DNA of 63,978 bases, counting the filler, from Vannella sp. (lineage: Eukaryota): NCBI GenBank assembly GCA_023345925.1. It is 8 parts of 8 records of this genome, joined end to end, with 100 filler letters (N's around TTAATTAATTAA, not from the genome) between each part and the next. Parts side by side here need not be neighbours in the genome. Positions count along the whole stretch, not along the records: positions 13,591 to 25,069 come from JAJQQN010000973.1; 7 more parts are not named here. The stretch is one strand, 5' to 3'. Position 1 is the stretch's first letter. Each line of letters starts with the position of its first letter. Below, piece by piece: positions 14,461 to 23,564 of the stretch. The position numbers and the translations under genes were made by a program. Under the pieces are notes generated by a model. It was not told where the DNA came from. It searched no databases and saw only the letters and a list, made by a program, of their open reading frames with translations.

Positions 14461-16155
14461 TTACTCTTTCTTCAGATAGTCTACGACAACGTGAGCGTGT
14501 GGGTGGGCTGCTTTGCTCTTGAAGTGGAAGGCATTGTTGATACGGAGAACGGGAAAGTCGCAGAATGGGGCGTGAACGTGTGGGACAAAGTCGAGTGCGG
14601 CTTGGCCTTCGTAAACATCACTTAATTCCACCTCTCCAGGGAACACTCCCACCAACTGACACACGCTGTGTGCACCAGTGGCGTGAGGAATGATCTTCAG
14701 ATTCAGCTCAGGATGATTCAGAATGCCATGAGCGAGGGAGTTGGATTCAGGACGAGCAAAGTGCTTGTACAGCATCGACCCACGAACGACTTCCTGCTCC
14801 CCATACTTGACAGAGCACACCAAAGTGTCCTTATTTGTAGTCAGTTGAGGGAACCCATACTTGAAGGGCTTCCCATAACGCTCCCGCCCAAAAGTGATGG
14901 TGTTTGAACAGTCAGCGATGCAAAGGAGTGAATAAAGGAACTCCTCGGCTTTTCCACCAGCAGACGGCTCTCTCAGGCGGCACAACACATGCATTTGGGC
15001 TCTAGCATACGACCCAATACCTGTTCCTTCTCCTTGAGAAACCTGGAAATAGATTTCAGGGCGGACCAGCTCCAAGTCCTCTGGAAGATGAGGGAGAATG
15101 GCTTCAGGATCCGTCTCATAAACAATCAACATTGCATCACCAGAGACAATCGACGGCTCAGCTTTTGGGAAGCTGGGCGCATAGGCAGGCATGGAAGGAG
15201 TATTCCTGACTCTCTCTTCCGTCAGATCTCCCCGAGCCATCTCTGAACCCCCTGGTTGCTCCTTTAGGGGCTCCTTGGTAGCTGAGACAGCACTGCCATT
15301 GTAGTCATAAAGCACTTGACCATGCGGCAAAGTCAAGTTGGCGAGAATGTGCTTTCCTCCGATGACTTTGCGAACAGGAAGGTCAGCCAATGGAGCACCA
15401 GCAGAGCTCTCCAAGTGGAGACGGGCAGGTCCTGACCAAGCACCCAACACAGTGACATCTTGCAGCTGGAATCTGATCAATTGAGCCAAAGAGGGCTTGG
15501 AAGCGGCCCATTCGGGATGCGGAATCAGCTTCAAGTTACAGCAGTCCTTCATAAGAGAGGCTCTGGCCACATCAGGAGCGATACGCTCGTACTTGTAGGC
15601 CATTGTGCCAGTGGCAATGCGTTGGCCGGCGTATTCGAGAGTTCCTGTGAGTGTGTCGTGGGACACTTGGAGCAATGGGTTGCCTCTCTTCTTGGGGAAG
15701 CCCCAGATCTCTCTTCCGCAAGCGATGGGAGGCTCACAGTCCAACAACATGGCCGCGGTGAAGTTGATTGGCTGGCCTTCGAAGGTACAGGGGATAACAA
15801 TGCCTGATTCTTGGTAGTTGCCAAAGCCACTGGAGTCTGGCATAGCAATCCACTCAAAGAGCACGAGGTTGTCCTCGTTGGGGATGAGAGGGTCCGGGAC
15901 AAAGGATTCCAACGCTTCACGGTCTGTTTGGTACGAGATGATGAAGTACTCACGATTTACAAAGTGGTATGGTCCTCTAGGATAAGAAGGAGATACAGAA
16001 GGGGTACTGGGGAGCTGTTCCATCTCCTTATGAGTCAACTGGCCACGTTGAGGGGCAAACAGGTCGTTATGCTTCGCTCTCATGGAAGTGCTCGCGCACC
16101 GCTGCCCATGAATGACTCTCAGTATAATAGCTGTTGCTCTCCCGGATCTGTTCAT
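14461..16155 (-). CDS. adc: Tandem (two-domain) acetoacetate decarboxylase with putative mitochondrial presequence, intronless
   Basis: Domain 1: SPSYPRGPYHFVNREY, MPDSSGFGNYQESG, GREIWGFPKK, GAWSGPARLHL. Domain 2 is a colinear degenerate copy (APSFP, GRERYGKPFK, NLKIIPH, PHVHAPFCDFPV). Confidence 0.9.
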   Translation of the reverse strand: MNRSGRATAIILRVIHGQRCASTSMRAKHNDLFAPQRGQLTHKEMEQLPSTPSVSPSYPRGPYHFVNREYFIISYQTDREALESFVPDPLIPNEDNLVLFEWIAMPDSSGFGNYQESGIVIPCTFEGQPINFTAAMLLDCEPPIACGREIWGFPKKRGNPLLQVSHDTLTGTLEYAGQRIATGTMAYKYERIAPDVARASLMKDCCNLKLIPHPEWAASKPSLAQLIRFQLQDVTVLGAWSGPARLHLESSAGAPLADLPVRKVIGGKHILANLTLPHGQVLYDYNGSAVSATKEPLKEQPGGSEMARGDLTEERVRNTPSMPAYAPSFPKAEPSIVSGDAMLIVYETDPEAILPHLPEDLELVRPEIYFQVSQGEGTGIGSYARAQMHVLCRLREPSAGGKAEEFLYSLLCIADCSNTITFGRERYGKPFKYGFPQLTTNKDTLVCSVKYGEQEVVRGSMLYKHFARPESNSLAHGILNHPELNLKIIPHATGAHSVCQLVGVFPGEVELSDVYEGQAALDFVPHVHAPFCDFPVLRINNAFHFKSKAAHPHAHVVVDYLKKE

Positions 16156-16228
16156 TCCGTCACCCAACCGCGAGCAACCGAAACGTCGCCAATAGCAAAT
16201 GGCTCGGCTTTGCTCGTATTTCCCTTCA

Positions 16229-16436
16229 CAATTCGACTGGCATCAATGCGAATGACGATTTTATATGTTTTTAAGAGGGCATCTTTTCCATCTTATGGAG
16301 GGATGAGCCTCAACCAAAACCCTAAACCCTAACCACATAAAGAGTTCATTGGTAATGGTCCCGATCAGTTGAAAAGTGCCTCTAAATTCAACTGTGGCCA
16401 GCGGACGTGGTTTACTGGGCTGGGCCATGAACTCTC
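16229..16436 (-). repeat. Dispersed ~200-bp intergenic cassette, copy 1 (upstream of adc)
   Basis: Shares TATATGTTTTTAAGAGGGC, CATAAA-AGT--ATTGGT and GGCCAGCGGACGTGGTTTA blocks with the copies at 44377-44587 and (first two blocks) 60774-60935. Confidence 0.85.
16317..16334 (+). repeat. Short telomere-like tract AAACCCTAAACCCTAACC
   Basis: Read directly from the sequence. Confidence 0.7.
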
Positions 16437-16706
16437 AGGCAGTCTCGAAGGGAACTGCCCGCTCGCTCATGATTTCCTCAGAGAGTCTGTGAGAAGATCG
16501 GAAGGCTCCGAAATGACAGGAGACTCCACGAGCTGGCCTGTTCGGATTGGAAGCTGAAGTGGAAACCGAAAAATCAGAATCTCACTTCATCCACTTCACC
16601 AGCGACTTCGTCTCCGTTTCTGTCATCCCTGGTTATGTGGGATCTTTATGCTAGATCCCTCTCTTCCTGCTGGCTTGGCTTTGGTAATCGAAAGAAACGG
16701 GAACGG

Positions 16707-16751
16707 ACCAGATTTTGGGATCCAAGTGTATCTTGGATCCCAAAATCTGGT
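16707..16751. repeat. Perfect 20-bp inverted repeat with 5-nt loop
   Basis: ACCAGATTTTGGGATCCAAG-TGTAT-CTTGGATCCCAAAATCTGGT. Confidence 0.95.
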
Positions 16752-17004
16752 TTATAAAGAGGTTGGTATTCATATATATGGATCATTCCTCAGTTACCCA
16801 TGGATTACTCGACCTGTGTTTGCCACAAGTGTGGATTAAGAGGACATACAGCGAACTATCCCAGCTGCCCAGTTAACATCCAAGAGAGACGCTACTACGT
16901 CGATGCCGGATTCTTTGGCGGCCCTAAGTACCAGGGCAAGCGGTTTTGGAGCGGAGTCAATAAGTAGATACCAACCATAAACGACTCTACTCTTGAACCC
17001 GACA

Positions 17005-17119
17005 GCCTAATTCCAATAGAGAATGAGCCATGTTCGTTGACATCCTCAAACCCTGAAGAGAACACGACAGCAACCATCTTTTGGTGCCTAATCCCAATAG
17101 AGAATGAGCCATGTTCGTT
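17005..17119 (+). repeat. 34-bp direct repeat (33/34 identical, 81-bp period)
   Basis: GCCTAAT(T/C)CCAATAGAGAATGAGCCATGTTCGTT at 17005-17038 and 17086-17119. Confidence 0.9.
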
Positions 17120-17188
17120 CAATCACAGGGAGCAGATGAGTGAAGAGATAGAACGCTTCATTAGTTTGAGGAAGCGTTCCTAATGCAA

Positions 17189-18523
17189 TTAATGGCCATC
17201 TCCCGGTTTGGGAGAGTTGCTGGAGACTCCTTTTGGTGTTTGAGCCAACCAGAGATTGCGATAGGAGCCGTCCTTGTCGTAGTCATTAGTTTGTTTCTCG
17301 ATATTGAATCTGCGGTCACGCGGGTCGTTGCCAACACCAGAAGCATACGTCCAGTTGCCCCAGTTACTATGCACATCGTAGTCCACCAAAAGGCTCTCAA
17401 AGTAAGCAGCTCCAACGCGCCAATCTTGCTGCAGCTCTTTCGCCCAAAAGCTAGCGACATTCTGCCGCCCTCTATTACTCATATATCCAGTCAAGGACAG
17501 CTCCAGCATGTTCGCATTGACCAACTCGTACTTTGTCCGGCCCTGGATCCACTGTTGGAGCATCTCAGGGTCCCTTGACCACATCTTCTGCCTTCCCAGG
17601 ATCCCTCCGATTTGAAAGATCTTACTTCCATGCTTCAATGAGACGTATCGGAAGAAGTCTCGGCATCCCAGTTCAAAGACCATCCAATAAGTGTCTTCGT
17701 TCTTCAGAATCGTCTCTTCAAACCTCTGTACTTCGTGATAAAGGGAGCGGGCTGTGATGCAACCATTGGCAAGCCAAGGAGATAACTTGGAGCTATAATC
17801 TGGCCCAGACATCCCATTGCGGGTGTGTTTGTACGAAGCCAGCTTTCTAGAATCGAAAAAGAAGAACTGGACGCGTTCCCAGGCTTGATTTTCCCCTCCA
17901 TGAAACGGAAAGGCACTTCGAGGATCCACTTCAAAGTCCTCTAGTCCAAGATGAAGGAGCGTGGGTATCTCCCCCACCCCTTCTAAGGTGTTGTTCTCCT
18001 TCATACGAGCATCTGGAATGGGCAGTGACTCACGGACTTGGCAGCTCTCCTCACACGCCTTCCTAAAGTGAGTGAACACCTCTGGGATGCCCTCCAAGCC
18101 TTCAAAAGGGAGGTCATCGGGGTGGTAGAGAAACTGATCGTAGAACTGATGAAAGGAAACGTTCTCACACCTGCTTTGGACTCTTCTAAAGACTCCCTTC
18201 TCTTCTGAGGTCCACTCCTGTTGAACATAGACATCCGTGACCTCTTTGTCTCTGATCAGAGAAGGCAGGCACCCCTCAGGATGGTCTTGAAAGATGTAGA
18301 GAGGGATATTCAGTAGGGAGAGGTTGATACGGAGCTCACGGACGCTCTCCAACAGGAACCGCGCGCGAAACTTCTCCGTCCTCTTGAACCCGAACTCATC
18401 AACGGAGAAGTGGCGAGGATCGAAACAATACGCTCCTATCACACTTCCCGATCCTTCACATGCGCTCCAAAGCATTTGATTGTCCCGCACTCGCAAGTCA
18501 TTCCTGAACCAAACCAATCGCAT
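17189..18523 (-). CDS. Cryptochrome DASH (photolyase family), intronless
   Basis: LVWFRNDLRVRDN, YKHTRNGMSGPDYSSKLSPWLANG, GYMSNRGRQNVASF, DYDVHSNWGNW, GVGNDPR. Confidence 0.92.
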   Translation of the reverse strand: MRLVWFRNDLRVRDNQMLWSACEGSGSVIGAYCFDPRHFSVDEFGFKRTEKFRARFLLESVRELRINLSLLNIPLYIFQDHPEGCLPSLIRDKEVTDVYVQQEWTSEEKGVFRRVQSRCENVSFHQFYDQFLYHPDDLPFEGLEGIPEVFTHFRKACEESCQVRESLPIPDARMKENNTLEGVGEIPTLLHLGLEDFEVDPRSAFPFHGGENQAWERVQFFFFDSRKLASYKHTRNGMSGPDYSSKLSPWLANGCITARSLYHEVQRFEETILKNEDTYWMVFELGCRDFFRYVSLKHGSKIFQIGGILGRQKMWSRDPEMLQQWIQGRTKYELVNANMLELSLTGYMSNRGRQNVASFWAKELQQDWRVGAAYFESLLVDYDVHSNWGNWTYASGVGNDPRDRRFNIEKQTNDYDKDGSYRNLWLAQTPKGVSSNSPKPGDGH

Positions 18524-18749
18524 CCTCGCCCCTAAAGAATGCACTTTTGAGACCTTCCCATCAGACTGGTCCCTGCGCCTTCTCCATCGTGCAATGAGGC
18601 CTTCTCCATCGGAGTGATGATGAAGGTGGAACGGGGGAAGAAGCAGGAGTAAGGTTTATCCGGTGCGTTCATGTACAAGACCGCTGCAAGAGGTAAAACG
18701 CTATCTACAATCACAATAGAATGTGACGACCGACTCTAGAAGTAAGGCC

Positions 18750-20855
18750 TTAAAAGCCGCGTGGAGGCTGCTGAGAGGTCTGAGGGGGTTGGGATTGCTG
18801 TGGCTGCTGAGGAATCTGAGCATAGTGCTGGCCCATGTGGGGATAGTACTGCTGACCAAAGGGGGCGGGCATGTACATCTCTTGTTGGGCGTAGAAGTCA
18901 TTCGGTGCCATCTTCCCATACATGCTGCCATCTCCTGGAAACGCTGGCTGAGCCTCAGCCGCGCCCTTTCCTTGCTTAGCGCCAGACGAGGGAGCTTTTC
19001 CGTCGTGTGTTGGAGGCGGAGCTTCCTGACCAGGGTAGCCGTAAGCCCCCATTCCACGCTTGTAATCCTCCTCATGAGAGAAGGGAATACCACCATAGGA
19101 TTGATAGTAGTTAGGTCGGAATCCATAGAACTGGCCGCCTGGGTACTGGCCACCAGGGTACTGATTGGGGAATCCATAAGGAGCAATGGGGTAGTAAGGG
19201 TATGCTTGAGCAGGACCCTGGGCACCTTGAGGGGCACCAGGGGTGGCTCCTTCGAACTTGGGAGCTTCACCTGGGCGTCCAGCACCAAAATTTTGGCTCT
19301 GGCCAGTACCACGTGGGTACTTGGCATCGCGAGCAGGCTCGGGGTAGTATCCCATGCTCTATTTCCTTACAAGTTAGTCACTCTCCTCAAGGAATCTCGC
19401 GAACGTACAGGTGGGCGCATTCCGTCTACACCCATTTCCATCATTTGGTAAGGGTAGAAGTGTCCAGGTACTGAGCCTTCATCCATTGGCTTGTTCAACC
19501 CTTGGATATCTGCTTGCGAAGGGACACGAGGATCGTTGCCAAGGGATCCACTGGGCTTCAGCTCCTCCTGAACGCGACTTGAGGAAACGATATCGTTGTC
19601 TCCATAGCTCATTCCAAGGTTTCCGAACTGGAAGGTCATGTCCTCTTCAACGAAGTTTCCTGGCAGGAGGACACCAACGCGGGGCTTCTCCTCAGGCTTG
19701 CGGATCTCCAGTGGAATCTCAGCTTGCTTGGACTGAGTGGGAATGGATTGCGCGGGCTTGTGTTGAATTTCGGGTTGGAGAGGAGCTTGAGCACGAACGG
19801 GAGCTTCTGTCTTCGCAGGAGAACGGGAAGGAGTGGGTTTCCATGCCTGGCGATCTGTGAAAAGAAGTTGTTAGAAGGGTGCTTCCAGGAAACATGATGA
19901 ACCCTACTCTTGGCAGCGTTGGTGTAAGGGTCTGCTATCGCGGCAGGGGACGTAGCAGCTTGAGGCGTTGAGGTTTGTACAGGTTGAGCGGTCTTGGTTG
20001 CGGAAGCGACTTGGTGGGGCGCATTCGGGCCCCAGGCTGAGCCTCCTGAAGAAACAGATGGTTTGGGAACCTCGACACTCGTTGGAGCAGCGCTTGGTTG
20101 GGCAGGTGTGAAAACAGGTCGTTGTTCCGAGGAAGCTTGTTCAACTGTTGGTGGAGGCGTAGTTGTAGTTGTACTAAGAGAGAGAATGAGAAGTACTCCG
20201 TAGAGTTGGCTGGTGCTCCGTACCGTCTCTCGGGTTGAGCTTGGCGAGTTGAGGCTGGTCCACCTCGGCCGGCTGATTGCCCTCGAATCGAGGAGGGGTT
20301 GTCTCGGCGCTCGCGACCACGGTTATCTGTATCGTTGCCTGATCCCAGACCTGATAAGGAGGCGTCCTCAAAGGGGAGAGGACATGCGCACCTCGAGAAT
20401 TCCTGGTATTGGCAGACCCACCTCTGGAGAAGGAAGAACCTTGAGTTTTCTACAGAGGAAGAGCACAAGGTCAGCAAAAATGGTTGCTTCCCGTGGCGGG
20501 TCTTGGACGAAGAAGGGACCCAAGTTGCCAACCTACCTTCTTCTTGGGCTTGTCGACGGATTGCCAGCTCTCACCAGGTTTGTTCACCACCAGACCTACA
20601 CCACAGTTGATTACTTTCACCTCCGCAACGATAGGAACGAAATGCAGCAAAGGGGAGGTGCGACGTACCACTCATCACTCCATAGACGGCTGACTCGTAG
20701 TTGTCGCCGAACTCAGAGAACACAGCGTTAATGTCCTCGTTTGTGGATGATCGGTATTGGGGGAACAGCTCCTTGAAGTTTTTGATCTGTTCTTCGCGTG
20801 TGAGGGGGAGACTGTCAGCTTTCGCTTGTCCAGGCTTCTTTGTTGGTTTGGGCAT
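18750..20855 (-). CDS. CUE/UBA-domain low-complexity protein (UBAP2L/Def1/GIP1-like), multi-exon
   Basis: N-terminal QIKNFKELFP...EDINAVFSEFGDNYESAV, WQSVDKPKKK, RG-rich segment, MTFQFGNLG, Q/P/Y/G-rich prion-like C-terminus. Confidence 0.65.
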
Positions 20856-21207
20856 TGTGTGGATGTCTTGTATGCGGCACGAGCTTCTACGTATAACCAG
20901 TGGATTCCTCTGCGGGCGAGGATGGAAAAGCCTCCTTTGCCAACAAGCCAAAATTTTGGTCTTTTCTCTTTCATCCAATACATATTCACCCAGATCATCA
21001 GAACTTGTGGAAATAATTACAATTTAACGTAAAAAGGAGGATTGGCGACGGTGGCAGGAGAAGAAGGGGAAATGTAACAGACTTCCCTTCCAATCGTCTC
21101 TTTTTGGTGTCCGTTGCTGGAGCCAAGGTCCAGTTCCCCTGTGGTTACCTTCATTGTGTGTGCAGGTGGTCGAAGGGAAGTTCTTACAAGCTTAGAGCTG
21201 AAAGACA

Positions 21208-23217
21208 ATGAAGAGGGCACGCACTTATGTTGAGAGCGGCCTCCACAACCCTCCCAAGGCCACAGAGACAGAGCCTTTCTTTAAGAAACAGCGATTGGAT
21301 GTTCATGAGCCGGTCTCTTCACCCTTAGAGCATCTATCCACCTCTCCTAGAGGCCAACGGGCCTGTGACGAATGCAAGTGTGTGGTTACTGCGAGCCAAG
21401 CCAATCACGACCATTGTCTTCACACCTTCCTCCTGAAGGAGTGTGGCAGTGAGAACAACGCGGAGGAGATCCGAGATGCACTCTTCTTTGCCATTGGGCA
21501 TGGATATGTCTCGTGTGTCCGCCTGCTGCTGGACTTCCACACTGTCGACGTGAACCAGATACAAAACGATGGAATCGCACCACTTCACATGAGTGCGGGC
21601 GCAGGACAACTGGACATTATGCGCGAACTAGTCCAACGGGGAGCTGATATCGATCTACCTCTCGAGAGAGACTGTCTTATTCCTCTCCACGTGTGCGCCT
21701 ACTTTGGTTTTGTGGATTGCCTTCGCTTCTTGCTTCAAAGTGGAGCAGACTCGCGAAAGGAAACCTCCGAAACAGGAATGAATGCTCTTCACTTCGCCGC
21801 TCATCACGGCCATTTGGAGTGCATCGCTGCTCTCCTTGAGCATGGTTGTGACATCAATGCCACCTCGCACACCTCTCATCGCTCTGCGTTACACTTTGCG
21901 TTGAGAGCGAATCACAAAAAGTGCTTTCAGTTGTTAGTGGAAGGCGGCGCGGACACATCACTCTTGGACATCAACAAGCATTCAGCACTGTTCTGTCTTC
22001 CCCTGGATCCAACTTCATTGGACCACCAAGTCCTGTCCCAGTTCTCTTTGGGGGAACGAAGACGATGGTTCACCTACTCTGTTGTTGACGTGGAGCGACC
22101 TTCTTTCCACCTTCAGCAGTGTCCACGAGGCCATCTGTGGCAACACTTGAAAGAGAACTTCTCTGCAGTGTCCTCTGGAATGGAGCCAGTCGACAAGGAC
22201 GAAGGATGTCTCTTTGAACGATTGCCCTACTTTGAAGTGTCTTTCTTGGAGGAGATTGGGCATGGTGCTGGAGTACGTAAGGAGTGGTTCTCTCAGCTTG
22301 AGAAGGAGCTGGATTGTCTGCCCATTCTCGAGCATTGCGAGTCTGGCAAGACCACGTTAGCGCCTACAAGCGCCCCAAATGATGACATTCTACATGCTCA
22401 GATGATTGGTACCATCTTGGCCCTCTCTCTGGTCTATGGCTACGCCATGCCCTTCGACTTTCCCAGTCACATTCTCAAAAGCCTCTTGGACTTGCCCTTC
22501 TCCCTTGAAGATGTGCGGGATATCGACCCAGACCTGTGGACCAACAAGTTTAACACACTCTCCGACTACTCAGACCATGAACTGAAGCAACTGAACCTCA
22601 CCTTCTCTCTAACTCAAGTGACCAACGGGGAACTTGTTGAGATTGAGCTTGCTGAGGGTGGTGCACACCGCAACGTCTGTGTAAGCGACGTGAAAGAGTA
22701 TCTTCAACACTGCATGACACATCTGTTTGATGGCGGAGGCCGCAAGGAGATCCGGGAAGCTTTTGCATCTACTTTCCACCGCTACGTTCCCCAGCAGCTC
22801 TTGCAAGCATTATTCAGTTTAGAGGAGTTGTCTGATGTGCTTCGTGGTGAACGCCACATCAGTGTTGACGAGTGGGCTACCCACACAAGGTACGAGCTAT
22901 GTTCACCAGAGGACGAGCAGATCGAATGGTTTTGGAAGCTTGTGAAGCAGCTGACACCAGCACAACACCGAATCTTACTTTCCTTCTGCACAGGAAGTCC
23001 TTCTCTACCCTTGGGTGGGTTCAAGAGGTTGAAGGAGGAACAAGTCCCCTTCACTCTGAGCCTCCAGCGAGGTCTGGCGAGCATGGCGCTCCCCACGACA
23101 CACACTTGCTTCAACACACTTGTAATACCCCGTTATGATAGCCTATCAACGATGGCCAGGTGCTTTCAGATGGCCCTGGAAGCCCAAGAAGTCGGTGCTG
23201 GCTTCCTTTTCGCTTGA
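21208..23217 (+). CDS. Ankyrin-repeat HECT E3 ubiquitin ligase (HACE1-like architecture), intronless
   Basis: About five ankyrin repeats (PLHMSA, PLHVCA, ALHFAA), EIGHGAGVRKEWF, LLSFCTGS, catalytic PTTHTCFNTL. Confidence 0.9.
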   Translation: MKRARTYVESGLHNPPKATETEPFFKKQRLDVHEPVSSPLEHLSTSPRGQRACDECKCVVTASQANHDHCLHTFLLKECGSENNAEEIRDALFFAIGHGYVSCVRLLLDFHTVDVNQIQNDGIAPLHMSAGAGQLDIMRELVQRGADIDLPLERDCLIPLHVCAYFGFVDCLRFLLQSGADSRKETSETGMNALHFAAHHGHLECIAALLEHGCDINATSHTSHRSALHFALRANHKKCFQLLVEGGADTSLLDINKHSALFCLPLDPTSLDHQVLSQFSLGERRRWFTYSVVDVERPSFHLQQCPRGHLWQHLKENFSAVSSGMEPVDKDEGCLFERLPYFEVSFLEEIGHGAGVRKEWFSQLEKELDCLPILEHCESGKTTLAPTSAPNDDILHAQMIGTILALSLVYGYAMPFDFPSHILKSLLDLPFSLEDVRDIDPDLWTNKFNTLSDYSDHELKQLNLTFSLTQVTNGELVEIELAEGGAHRNVCVSDVKEYLQHCMTHLFDGGGRKEIREAFASTFHRYVPQQLLQALFSLEELSDVLRGERHISVDEWATHTRYELCSPEDEQIEWFWKLVKQLTPAQHRILLSFCTGSPSLPLGGFKRLKEEQVPFTLSLQRGLASMALPTTHTCFNTLVIPRYDSLSTMARCFQMALEAQEVGAGFLFA

Positions 23218-23564
23218 CCTCTTTGTCAGAGGTCCTCCTTGTTCTGTACTTTAGCAGTGTCCATAAAGGTCTTATGCAAGCGTTTGAGCTCTGGTAGTTA
23301 AGTAGTTTATTGCAAACAAGCGCGCAAGGCCACCTGAGGAAGGGTAAGCAGGGAATAAAGAAAAGGAGGGAGAGATGGATCCCTCTGCAAGAAGTTATCA
23401 ACAGGAATTCAGCTCCGTCTTGAAACATGAACAAAGTATCATCCTCGGGATCCATCACCCCTCAGCGGAACATACCTTGATGCAAGCAACAACGAGAGAG
23501 AAGAAAAATGACTTGTGCAAGATCACCAAAGTTTGGGGAAAAAGGAAGCATGTGGTGACCGAGT

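Noticed and set aside
17005..17119. 34-bp repeat with 47-bp spacer as a mini-CRISPR
   Set aside because: Only two units, eukaryotic context, no cas genes, and the period is a multiple of three inside a coding-like relic.
14461..18523. adc and CRY-DASH as bacterial contamination
   Set aside because: They share a contig with intron-containing and eukaryote-specific genes, carry the host repeat cassette, and show no operon structure.
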